Source: the human T2T-CHM13v2.0 reference genome, Homo sapiens
Assembly: GCF_009914755.1 (NCBI RefSeq)
Contig: NC_060947.1
Reading direction: 5' to 3' (one strand)
Length of the DNA: 64,000 nt
The notes beneath the pieces are model-generated. The model searched no databases and had not been told where the DNA came from. It saw only the letters and a program-made list of their open reading frames with translations. Positions 48,556 through 63,602 of this stretch are shown in pieces; positions within the stretch are counted from its first letter, which is position 1; the number at the start of each line of letters is the position of its first letter. A program made the translations under genes and the position numbers.

Positions 48556-48800
48556 ATGTTTTAAAAGGCTCACTTTGGTTTCTGCGTGGTTTTGCAAGTC
48601 TGTCCCTGGATGCTAGATTTGTGCTCATTCTTCGAATTTGAGAGAACCTATTTGAATGAAGGCAGAGAAGTTCAACTAAGAGAAGTGAAAGTTATGCAAG
48701 ATCAAATTAATCAAATAACAAGCAATTTCAAGCAAAGCACGATGTCTTTCAAAGTTATCTCCTGGTCCCATCTCTACTATGGCTCAATTCTGAAACCTAG

Positions 48801-49173
<373 letters not shown>

Positions 49174-49257
49174 TAATGTGTCTCTCTTTGCTAGCTCCTT
49201 TCTCATGACCTATAAGCATGTTTAATTTAATCTCTTCCATTAAAAAAAAACTACCCT

Positions 49258-49580
49258 CATGTCCTTTGTAGGGACATGGATGAAGCTGGAAACCATCATT
49301 CTCAGCAAACTATTGCAAGGACAGAAAACCAAACACTGCATGTTCTCACTCATAGGTGGGAATTGAACAATGAAAACACATGGACACAGGAAGGGGAACA
49401 TCACACTATGGGGCCTGTTGTGGGGTGGGGGGAGGGGGGAGGGATAGCATTAGGAGATATACCTAATGTAAATGACGAGTTAATGGGTGTAGCACACCAA
49501 CATGGCACATGTATACATATGTAACAAAGTTGCACGTTGTGCACATGTACCCTAAAACTTAAAGTATAATTAAAAAAAAA
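49258..49580 (+). mobile_element. Young L1PA 3' end (~320 bp)
   Basis: L1PA 3'UTR; TSD TAAAAAAAAA C(T/C)ACCCT 49241-49257 / 49571-49587. Confidence 0.92.
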
Positions 49581-49609
49581 CCACCCTATACTACCTTGTG
49601 TAAAGGTAG

Positions 49610-49850
49610 TAGTTACAAGCGTGATTTTTAGAGCTGAACTGCATGGGTTTGAAGTAATTGCAACATTTACCAGCTCTGTGTCCTTGGGCAATTTTTTAAA
49701 TGTCTTTGTGCCTTCTTTTCCTTGCTGGTAAAAGGAGATAATATTATTTCTCATGGGGTTATTGTGAAGATTAAATTATTGAATATTTGTAAAGCTCTCA
49801 GAACAATGCCGGGCAGATAGTAAATGCTTTATGTGTTTGTTAAATAAAAA
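49610..49850 (+). mobile_element. MIR
   Basis: GTGTCCTTGGGCAA...GGGTTATTGTGAAGATTAAAT. Confidence 0.75.
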
Positions 49851-50820
49851 TTAGTTGTTTATCAGTTTATAGCCTGCTAGAACTCTGCTGAAGGTAAAAA
49901 CCGGATCTCATAATTACTAAATTTAATGAATTAATCAGTTCTTAGCTTATTTGACTTTCTATCAACCCTTGACAAGATGGACCCGTCGGTTCCTCCTGGA
50001 GTTCTCCCTTAATAAATGAATACCTCTTTCCTGGTTCTACCCATATCTCTCTGATATTTTCTACTCAATGTTCTTTTTAATTTTCTTGGGGTTCTATCTT
50101 TGATCCTCTTTCATTCTCACTTCATACCTGACAGAAAAATAAATCTGACAGAAAAAAAGGCCCAAACCATTAGCATAATATATTATAAAAGTCACTCCAT
50201 GATCTAATATCTGTTGATCTCTTTAGACTCATCTCTCAGTACCCACCACATGGAATGAATAGAACTTTCCACAGTGTGTTAGTGGTGCTGCTTCCTCTGC
50301 CAAGAAATACCATTCCCACCCCTACAATTATTCCCTAATTTCTCAGGATTTAAATAATTTTTTCTTGATTCCTTGGGTGAATTTTCTCCTTTGAATCCCA
50401 AATACATTTTGTACATACCTGTATCCTCAGAACCTAACACAGCAGGAGCTCAGTATTTGTTGACAGACTAAATTACAGCACCTAAATTAATATTTTGCAT
50501 GCATTTATTGTCTTCAGGCAATTGTATATGCATGGAGAAACAGATTTATTTATTAATCTTTAGGTCCCAGGTGCGAAGCATTTACTTAAATACAATAAAT
50601 AGTTAAATAATTTACATTTTTCAAAATCTCTTCCGGCATTTATTTATGTTGTGGATTCTGTAATAGCTTGAACATATTTTTACCTTTGAAAATGTATTAA
50701 TTTGATTTTTATTTCTACTGAAGAGCCAGTGACAAGATTTCTCTAATATTTTAAAGTAGCATTTGATTGAGCAGTATTAGGTGATAACAAGAACAATTAC
50801 ATTTTTCTTAAGAAATGTCA

Positions 50821-51897
<1,077 letters not shown>

Positions 51898-52337
51898 CTA
51901 GATGTTAAATTTGTGCTCCCTCTTGGAATTTGAGAGAAGCAGAGCATCAGCCCATTAAGTCAAGATTATAAGGTTTTATTCGCCATGAATGTCAACAGCA
52001 AAGAGGAGAAATGGGTCCTAGGAACTGTGAAAGGCAAGGGCCGGAACACCACATACACTAGAAACTTGTAGCCAACTACATAGTGCTCTAGGTGGAGAGA
52101 ATATTTTTAGAAAGGGGTATCGGGTGGGAGATGGGCGGGTCTTTCCTTTTTTTTTCTTCTAGCGAGCCAAGCTCCTGATAGGAGACTTGGTGAGGGGTAA
52201 CGCCAAGCTCCACCCCTTGGGGCTTAGCAACACCGAAGGGAGAGGCTATGATTGGAGGATCAGGTTAGTCCACCACTCTGCTCCTCCTGCGCGGTGAGGG
52301 GGTGGTACACGCGCCCTACCTCGGAGTGTGTGGCGCC

Positions 52338-52373
52338 ATGATGCAGGGAAGATGGCTTCGTTTCGGAAGCTAA
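52338..52373 (+). other. Overlapping out-of-frame upstream ORF, MMQGRWLRFGS*
   Basis: GCCATGATG at 52338/52341, 14 and 11 nt upstream of the main ATG; TAA at 52371-52373. Confidence 0.5.
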
Positions 52374-52442
52374 CGCTTTCTGAAAAAGTGCCGCCAAATC
52401 ATCCCAGTCGGAAAAAGGTTAACTTCCTAGATATGTCTCTAG
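52352..52442 (+). CDS. LUZP4: Leucine zipper protein 4 (cancer-testis antigen HOM-TES-85, TREX/UAP56-binding mRNA export adaptor), coding exon 1
   Basis: Translates MASFRKLTLSEKVPPNHPSRKKVNFLDMSL+G, the LUZP4 N-terminus as I recall it, with the start of the UBM (DMSLDD); strong Kozak AAGATGG; in-frame upstream TGA at 52295; phase-1 donor AG|GTATGT at 52443. Confidence 0.92.
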
Positions 52443-53263
52443 GTATGTAGATCTCGGATCCCAGTCTCCACTAGTTTGGGCTCACTGGTCTTGAGCGCAA
52501 GACCTCGGCATAGCGCTTACTGGAAGTGGCGTCGGGAGGAACACACCAGTTCGAGGAGAGGCTTCCCCTTCAGGGCATCTCCGCACCTGCCCCACCCTGA
52601 CGAACCCTGGGACCACTTGGCCCCTATCCCTCCTCTCCTCTTTTTCTCCTCACCTCCAGCCCTCTCCTTTCAGGTGGGGAACTGAGGGAGGCTGACCAGA
52701 AGCGCGTGGGGATTAAGGATTGCTGAAAGGGGCAGGCGGAGAAAATAGACCGCTATTAACGTGTATTTTACTCTCCTAAGAATTGATACCTAACTACTGG
52801 CCTCCTTCAAACACATGGAGCCAAGTGCTCTTCTCAGTCCAAGCGGATGTCATAAATCACTAGATTCCAGGGCCCGGAGGAGCAAGCCTTAGGCTATTTT
52901 ACTAGGGATCCCGGCGTGGTAGTGCTAGGAGTTGTTGGTGGGTTGGTGTATCTGCTTTGTTGGCTGGTGGTTATTCGAAGGGGTGGTTGGTCCATTTATT
53001 TGCTTGTTGGCTGGTGGTTATTCGCTCTGGATAGCCTTTCTTTGCTGGCGCTCTCTAGTCTCTAACCTGAGACCTCTACACGGAGAGTGGAACCTTAGAA
53101 AAAAGAACTCCTTTATCAAGGCCCCTAACCTCCTCCATTCGCACCAAACCCAGAAAAAGTGGATTTTACTTGGACCAGTTCCTCTGCTATTATCCATCTT
53201 AGAAATGGGGGAGGAGGGGAGGGAATAGACTTTCCAAGCCAGATAGGGAGTGAGCAGAGCTGA

Positions 53264-53990
<727 letters not shown>

Positions 53991-54231
53991 AAGGGCCACT
54001 TTAGAAATGAGAGGGGGAGAGGCAGAGCAGTGGGAGCTGAGCTTCAATGTGGAAGCGCAGGAGTGGAGCAAGGAGAAGCAGGAACAAGGAGGGTGGACCT
54101 CAGAAATTGATGGAGCAGTGGAAAGAGGGTTCACCTTAGAGATGAGGGTAGGGGAGCAGAGCAGGGAGGGCTGAACTTTAAAAGGGGCAGGATAAGTGGA
54201 GGGAGAGTGTACCATAGAAATGAAGAGGGTC

Positions 54232-54555
<324 letters not shown>

Positions 54556-54679
54556 TCATGCCTGTAATCCCAGGAGGCAGAGGTCAGGCTGGTCTTGGAA
54601 CTCCTGACCTCAAGTGATACACCCACCTCGGCCTCACACAGTGCTGCGATTACAGGCGTGGGCCACCTCACCCGGCCTA

Positions 54680-55390
54680 AACTTTCTTTATAGTGTCCTT
54701 TGAAGTCCCGAAGTTTCAGAATTTGATAAAATACAATTTATCTGTTTTTTGTTGTTGTTCATGCTTTGGTGTCAAATCTAGAAGATCATGAAGATCATAC
54801 CCTTGTTTCCTTCTGAGAGTTTTCTAGTTTTAACTCTTAAATTTACATCTGTGATCCATTTTGAGTTAATTCTTGTATATGGGGTGAGTTAAGAGCCAAC
54901 TTCATTCTATTGCATTTTGATGTCTAATTGTTCCAACACTACTTGTTAAAAAGACTAATTTTCCTCCATTGAAAGCTCTTCTTGGTGGAATTGCTTTCTT
55001 AATTTCGTTTTTGGATAGTTCATTGCTGGTATATGTACATAGAATTAATTTTTGCATATAGATCTTGTATCCTGCAGCCTTGCTGAGTGTGTTCATTAGT
55101 GCTAATCTCCGTGTGTGTGTGTGTATCTTTAGGAATTTCTGCATACAAGATCATGATATCTGAGAACAGAGATTTACTTTTTTCTAATCTGCTTGCCTTT
55201 CATTCTTTTTCTTGACTAATTGCTCTGGATGGAATTTCTAGCAAAATGTTAATTAGATGCGGTGAGATTGGACATCCTTGACTTGTTTCTGATCTTAGGG
55301 AGAAAAGCTTTCAGTTTTTCACCATTAATCATCATTTTACCTTTGGTTGGGTTTTTGTAGATGCCCTTATGAGGTTGAGGAATTTACCTG
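54680..55390 (-). mobile_element. L1M ORF2 fragments
   Basis: GATCCATTTTGAGTTAATT, GACATCCTTGACTTGTTTCTGATCTTAGGG. Confidence 0.75.
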
Positions 55391-55625
55391 CCTCCCACTT
55401 TACTTCTGAGGGGGAATGGCCCTGAAAAGTAACTAAGTATTTTTTGTTGTTGTTGTCTTTAAGATGTTTTTAGCAATCTATTTTAAGATCGGTATCAATT
55501 TCCTCTTCTAAGACATGGTCCCTGTTGATCCCATACTGCTACTTCCCCCTACCCCAACTTCATCACAAGTTCTGAAATATTTTGTGGCATTAAAATGACT
55601 TTAAAAATAATATTTGGTCACTGGC

Positions 55626-56680
<1,055 letters not shown>

Positions 56681-56869
56681 TCACTGGGACCTTGAAGGGA
56701 GAAAAACCTAGAACTGAAGGGAATTTATAGCACTGAGGTAAAACTTCATGCTTCCTGCACTTTTCTTTGTGTTGATTTCACTGATGTTTTTGCAACTGCT
56801 AACAGAAAAGACAAAACAAAACTGATAAATAGCTAAAGCAATGGGTTTATCTCAAAATTCAGAGAAATA

Positions 56870-57075
56870 AGGGCCATAGTTGCAGAGTGGCTTGGTCCCA
56901 AAAATGTAGTAGTTGTGTGACCTTGTGCAAGTTGCTCCATCTCTTGGGGCCTGAGTTTCCTGATCTGAATAAAATCTACATCATAGAGTTGTTGAAGATT
57001 AAATGAGAGAATACAGGTAATGTTCACAAAGTATGCTGCCTGACGTGGAAAAAGCTGAGTAAATATTTGCTATAT
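56870..57075 (+). mobile_element. MIR
   Basis: TGTGTGACCTTGTGCAAGTT...GAGTTGTTGAAGATTAAATGAG. Confidence 0.75.
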
Positions 57076-57510
57076 GTGCCCCGGAAAGTGGGCCTAAACG
57101 CTCACTTTTGGGTAGCCAGCAATTTGGCAAGCTGGAGAAGTTACCTCTCCTCTTAGGATTTTGTTATCAAACTTCATAGATACAGTAGACATGAAAGAGA
57201 TTAAAAACCATCTAGGTGAAAGATGGGGTTTAAACAGCTCACGTCAGTCTCTGGGAGACTGAGAGAGATGGTGGTGTCGTGTAACTTGAATAATAGTGAA
57301 GTAAACGGACTTAGGAGGCACTTATATTTTAGTAGATGATTACAGCTGGAAGGATACTGGAGAGTCTGCTTTGGGAAAGATTGCTTCAGTTATTTGAAAG
57401 GCTGAGGAAAGATGTTGAGTTGAATTTGGTAGGTTAGTTGGAGATTAAGTATGACTGTAAGATCTCATAGTCACCGAGTTGTAAAAAATCTTGAGGTCAC
57501 TGTTTTATCC

Positions 57511-57566
57511 TTTTAAACGTTGGTTCTCTATATCCATATTTTAAACATTGGTTCTCTATATCCATA
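57511..57566. repeat. 28-bp tandem duplication
   Basis: TTTTAAAC(G/A)TTGGTTCTCTATATCCATA x2. Confidence 0.9.
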
Positions 57567-57660
57567 TTTATACCTTTTTAGACAGATGAGAATCCCAGTT
57601 TTGATCATGTCAGGAGGAACAGCAAAACTTTCGACTAGTTATCACAGGCCCTTGCGGTTT

Positions 57661-58007
<347 letters not shown>

Positions 58008-59510
58008 TAAATAGCAAATACATGTTGCTTTCTATGATGTAATGAGAACGCCATACTTTTTCCTGATAAATTTCCCCCATGTTTTTCTCAGTGAAAATAA
58101 TACTTTTTAACAATGCATATCTTTGTTTTTAGATAACTAAACACATGCTTTAGAAAAGCAGTAGTATGTTGGATGCAAGGTTATTACTTCCATTGTAATA
58201 CACGCTAAAGTAGGAAAAGGCTCTACAGATTTATTTTTGTTTTTGCCCTCAGTAAACATACCCAAAAAGTATTAGAGTCCTTTTTTTTTTTTAAACAAAT
58301 AAAAGGCAAAAATAAGACCAAAATTCGAACTGGTAACAGCAAGAACTTAATAGGAACTCCACTCCCCTGTTAATTACTTTTACCTAAAAGAGACTGATGC
58401 AAAAGTGTTGTAGTTAGAAAGAAAAGAACTCTTTCTGCCTGCTAGATATGTTGGACCACGAATCCACAAATATGGATTATCCACTCTGTATTCTGTGCTA
58501 GGCACTTAGTACACTAGTAAATAAACAGTGGTCTCTTCTCAAGTACCTCCTAATCTAGCTGGAGAGACAGCTAAGTAAATATGTGCAATTATACATTGTT
58601 TTAAGTATTCTGGAAGTATGTATAGTCAGAATTTTTCAGAAGTTGAGAGGAACCTAAGTCACTTACATTTTTTGAGGTTTCCAGTGTTTTAAATATTTAA
58701 AAAATGGCAAAACAAAAATTGTGGTGTATTTTACATGTTTATAAATATAAAATAGTGGTTTCAACCCACTGTAAAATAAAATGCAATATAAGTATACTTT
58801 TCACAAGAAAATTAATTATGCAATTTAAATAAAAATGTAATTATTCATATGGCACCTCAAGCAGTGTGATCAGTTTTAAACTGTGTGAGGAATACTGTCT
58901 TTCTTCAGTCCTGACAGTTTATTTCTGAGAGTAAGTATATCAAGAATTCAAATTTAAGGCTCTTTGGTGAGGCCTGGATCAAATGTCTCTCCTTGAGAGA
59001 TTGGCTAAGTGTTCTCTAGGTGGATTCAGTGGAGAATATCATTACAGAGAGCAGAATGAACAAAGCCCCGTGTCTCTGTAATGATATATTCTGAGAACTA
59101 AGGAAAAGGACATGAGAATCTGCAAAAATACTGTAGCATTAAGGACGCTTTCTTCATAACCTCATAGCCTATGTTGGAAGGGCGTTTAGACAGCTTACCC
59201 AGGTTCATAGGCATTTGCTTTCTCTTCAATATGAAGAGGCTGAGCAGCAATTTGATTTCATCTCTAAGTCGTAGCTGGTGAGATCTACCCAATTCCATTA
59301 CAATCCAACAAATCAAATGGTGGTCTCTGGAACTACAAAGTCTAAGGATTAAAATTACGTATGATTTCACTTAAAGAAAAACCTTGCAACACATTCCAAG
59401 GTGTGGATAATTCAAAAACATTTTTAAAAATAAGTTTTATGCTGGGCGTGGTAGTTCACACCTATAATCCCAGGAGATGTCAGCCATTTCAAAGAAAATC
59501 AGAATCAGAT

Positions 59511-62500
59511 TTTTTTCTTATTATTGTAATTGTTTATTATTTATTTGTAATTTTTGTGGGTATATAGTAGGTGTATATATTTATGGGGTACATGAGATGT
59601 TTTGATACAGGCATGCGTGCAATTGCAATGTGGAATAAGCACATCATGGAGATTATCCATCCTCTTAAGCATTCATCCTCTGAGTTACAGACAATCCAAT
59701 TACGCTCTTTATTTTAAAACATATAGTTATTATTGACTATAGTCACCCTGTTGTGCTATCAAATAGTAGGTCTTATTCATTCTTTCTATTTATATTTTAT
59801 TGTACTACCTATGTATTGAAAAGTTGTTGTAGTTATTTTTTATTGGTTCATCGTTTAGTCTTTCTACTTAGGATGAGAGTAGTTTATATACCACAGTTAC
59901 AGTATTATAATATTCTGTGTTTTTCTGTGTACTTACTATTACCAGTGAGTTTTATACCTTCAGATGATGACTCATTACTCATTAATGTCTTTTCTTTCTG
60001 GTTGAAGCACTCCCTTTAGCATTTTTTGTAGGACAGGTCTGGTGTTGATGAAATCCCTCAGCTTTTGTTTGTCTGTGAAACTTTTTATTTCTTCTTCATG
60101 TTTGAAGCATATTCTCACTGGATATGCTATTCTAAGGTAAAGTTTTTCCCTTCAGCACTTTATATCAGCCCACTCTCTCCTGGCCTGTAAGGTTTCCACT
60201 GAAGGGGCTGCTGCCAGACATATTAGAGCTCTTGTTTGTTATTTGTCTCTTTTCTCTTGCTGCTTTTAGGATCCTTTCTTTATCCTTGACCTTTAGGAGT
60301 TTGATTATTAAATGCCTTGAGGTAGTCTTCTTTGGGTTAAATCTGCTTGGTGTTCTATAACCTTCTTGTACTTGGATATTGATATCTTTCTCTAGGTTTG
60401 GGAACTATTTTTTTTTTCTTTGACAGAGTGTTGCTCTGTAGCCCAGGCTGGAGAGCAGTGGCGTAATCTCGGCTCGCTGCAACCTCTGCCTCCCAGGTCC
60501 CCGTTAAGCAATTCTCCTGCCTCAGCCTCCCGAGTAACTGGGATTACAGGTACATGCCACCATGCTCAGCTAATTTTTGTATTTTTAGTAGAGACGGGGT
60601 TTCACCATGTTGGCCAGGCTGGTTTTGAACTCCTGACCTTGTGATCCGCTCACCTCAGGAACTTCTCTTTTATTATCTCTTTGAATAAACTTGCTCTGTC
60701 ACCCAGGCTGGAGTGCAGTGGCACTCTTGGCTCACTGCAACCTCAGCCTCCCAGGTTCAAACGATTCTCCTGCCTCAGCCTCCCAAGTAGCTGGGATTAC
60801 AGGTGAGCACCACCACACACAGCTAATTTTTGTGTTTTTAGTAGAGGTGGGGTTTAACCATGTTGGCCAGGCTGTTCTCAAACTCCTGACATCAAGTGAT
60901 CCACCTGCCTCGGCCTCCCAAAATGCTGGGAATACAGGCGTAAGCCACCACTCCCAACCCCTTTGAATAAACTTTCTACCCCTATCTCTTTCTCTACATC
61001 CTCTTTACAGCCAATAACTCTTAGATTTGCCCTTTTGAGGCTATTTTCTAGATCCTGTAGGTGTGTTTCATTGTTTGTTTGTTTTTTCTTTTGTCTCCTC
61101 TGATTGTATATTTTCAAATAGCCTTTCTTCAAGCTCACTAATTCTTTATTTTGCTAGATTTATTCTGCTATTAAAGGACTCTGCATTCTTCAGTATGCCA
61201 ATGGCATTTTTCCAGTTCCAGAATTTCTGCTTGACACTTTTAAATCATTTCTATGTCTTTGTTACATTTATCTGATAGAATTCTGAATTCCTTCTGTCTT
61301 TGCTTGAATTTATTTGAGTTTCCTCAACACAGCTATTTGGAATTCTCTGTCTGAAAGGTCACATATCTCTGTTTTTCCAGGACTCGTCCTTAGTGCCTTA
61401 TTTAGTTCATTTGGTGAGGTCATGTTTTCCTGGATGCTGTTGATACTAGTAGATGTTCTTCAGTGTCTGGGCATTGAAGGGTTAGGTATTTATTGTAGTC
61501 TTCACTGTCTGGGCTTCTTTGTACTCATCCTTTTGGGGAAGGCTTTCCAGATATTTGAAAGGACTGCAGTGTTGTGATCTAAGCAGTTTCTACTTTAGGG
61601 GACATCGCAAGCCCAGTAACGCTATGGTTCTTGCAAACTCATAGAGGTACCGCCTTGATGGTTTTGGACAGGATCTGGGAGAATTCTCTGGATCACCAGG
61701 CAGAGACTCTTGTTCTTTTCCCTTATTTTCTCCTAAACAAACAGAGTGTCTCTGTTCTGAGCCACCCAGAGCTGGGGTGGAGTGACACAAGCACCCCTGT
61801 GGCCGCCACCACTATGACTGTGCTGGGTCAGACCCGAAGCCAGCACAGCTCTGGGTTTCACTCAAGGCCTGCTGCAAATACTCCCGGCTACTGCCCAGCT
61901 TGCTCAAGGCCCTGAATCTCTACAATCAGCCAGTAGCAAAACCAGCCAGGCCTGTGTCCTTTCCTTCACGGTGGCAAGGTCCCCCAAGCCAGAGGTGTGT
62001 CCAGAAGTGACATCTGGGACTCAGGACCTAGAGTCAAAAACCTTAGAAGTCTACCTGGTGTTCTATTGTATTATGGCTGAGCTGGCACTCATACCACAAG
62101 ATGCAGTCCTTCCCACTCTTCCCTTCCCTTTCCAAAGGCAGAGGAGCCTCACCCCATAGCCAGTCATCCTAGGCCAGGTAGAGTACTGTTGGACTACCAT
62201 AGATGTTCCCTTGAGGCTCAGGGGCTCTTAAGTCAGCTTGGGATGAATGCTGCCTGGTCTGAGACTCACCCTTCAGAGCAGTGAGCTCCCCTCTGGCCTA
62301 GGGCAGTTCCAGAAGTGTTATCCAAGAGTCAAGTCCTGGAATCACGGATTCCAAGAGCCCACTTGGTGTTCTACCCTTCTGTAGCTGTGCTGGTACCTGA
62401 AGCCAGCAAGTCTCGGAGTCTCATCCAAGGCTCTCAACATAGTACCTGGGTATTGCTGCTAGTTATTCAGAGCCCAAGAGCTTTTCAGTTAACAGTTGAT

Positions 62501-63602
62501 GAATTCTGCCAGGGCTGGGTCCTTTCCTTCAAGGCAGTCGGTTCCCTTCTGGCCTACGGTGTGTCTAGAAATGTGGACCAGGAGCTAGAGCCTGAAACAG
62601 GAACCTCATAACTCTAACTGGTGCCCTATCCTGCTGTGGCTGAGCTGGTATCTAAGATGTAAGACAAAGTCCTCCCCACTCTTCCCTCTCTTCTCAAGTG
62701 GAAGGGTGGGTCTCTTTTGGAGCTGTGGGCTGTCCAGCCTGGGGTTAGGGGAGGGGCGATGCCACCACTCCCTTGGCTGCCCCAGCTGGTGTCTCAGTAT
62801 GTCATGTGGCCCCCCCAGTCCACACTCTGTTGGCCCAGTTCAGCACTAAGTCTTGCCTAAGAGTTGCAGTCCTTATGGCCTAGACCAGGTGTTTCCAATC
62901 TTTTGGCTTCCCTGGACCACACTGAAAGAATAATTGTCTTGAGCCACACATAAAATACACTAACATTAACAATAGCTGATGAGCTAAAAAAAATTGCAGA
63001 AAAAATCTCATAATGTTTTAAGAAAGTTTACGAATTTGTGTTGGGCTGCATTCAAAACCGTCCTGGGCTGTGTATGGCCTGCAGGCCACAGGTTAGAAAA
63101 GCTTGGCCTAGACTACCTTTCAGGTTTACTTGGAGATCCAGAGCACTGTAGCTCTTGATGGAGAGGTTTGTGGGAACTCATGTTCGGGCTGCCGGGATGG
63201 GTGATTCCTCTCTGACTGGGGCTGGTTTAAATCTTCCCTCCATGGGCAGGTGTCAGGTGAGTTTGGTCCACTTTTCCTTTCTGCTCTAACAGGACAGCAC
63301 TAAATTCAATGCCTCATGATTGCTGTGTTCTTCCTTCCCCAGTGCCCAGAGATGCTCTTGGCACCACCATGTCATTGCTGCCGGGAGTGGGGGAAGGGTG
63401 ACATTGGCGATTCAGGACTGTTTTTTCTATCCCTTCAGTGCCTCTTTCAGTGATAAGAAGTTAAAACCAGTTACTATGAGTGCTCACATGATTTTTGGTT
63501 TTTATGAAGGTGTTTTTTTCTGTGTAGATAGTTGTTAAATTCGCGTCCTTGCTGGGGGGACGATCGGTGGAGGCTTCTATTCTGCCATCTTGCTTCCTAT
63601 CC
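59511..63602 (-). mobile_element. L1MA (L1MA1-3-like) with both termini but ORF2 deleted; contains Alus at 60408-60660 and 60692-60960 (-)
   Basis: 5' end with CAAGATGGC motif at ~63590; ORF1 remnant (ENSLKRANLRVIG); 3'UTR 59511-59790; TSD CAGAATCAGAT 59500-59510 / 63603-63613. Confidence 0.85.
62886..63105 (+). mobile_element. MER30 (hAT-Charlie), complete
   Basis: CAGG..TCCAATCTTTTGGCTTCCCTGG...AAGCTTG; perfect 8-bp TSD GCCTAGAC. Confidence 0.92.

Larger units (their letters stand above)
52120..52560 (+). promoter_or_regulatory. LUZP4: LUZP4 promoter / CpG-enriched first-exon region
   Basis: Local non-Alu CpG enrichment; GC box GGGCGGG 52133; RFX-like CTTAGCAAC 52223-52231; inverted CCAAT 52251-52255; YY1-like CGCCAT and AAGATGGC around the start; no TATA. 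Confidence 0.7.
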
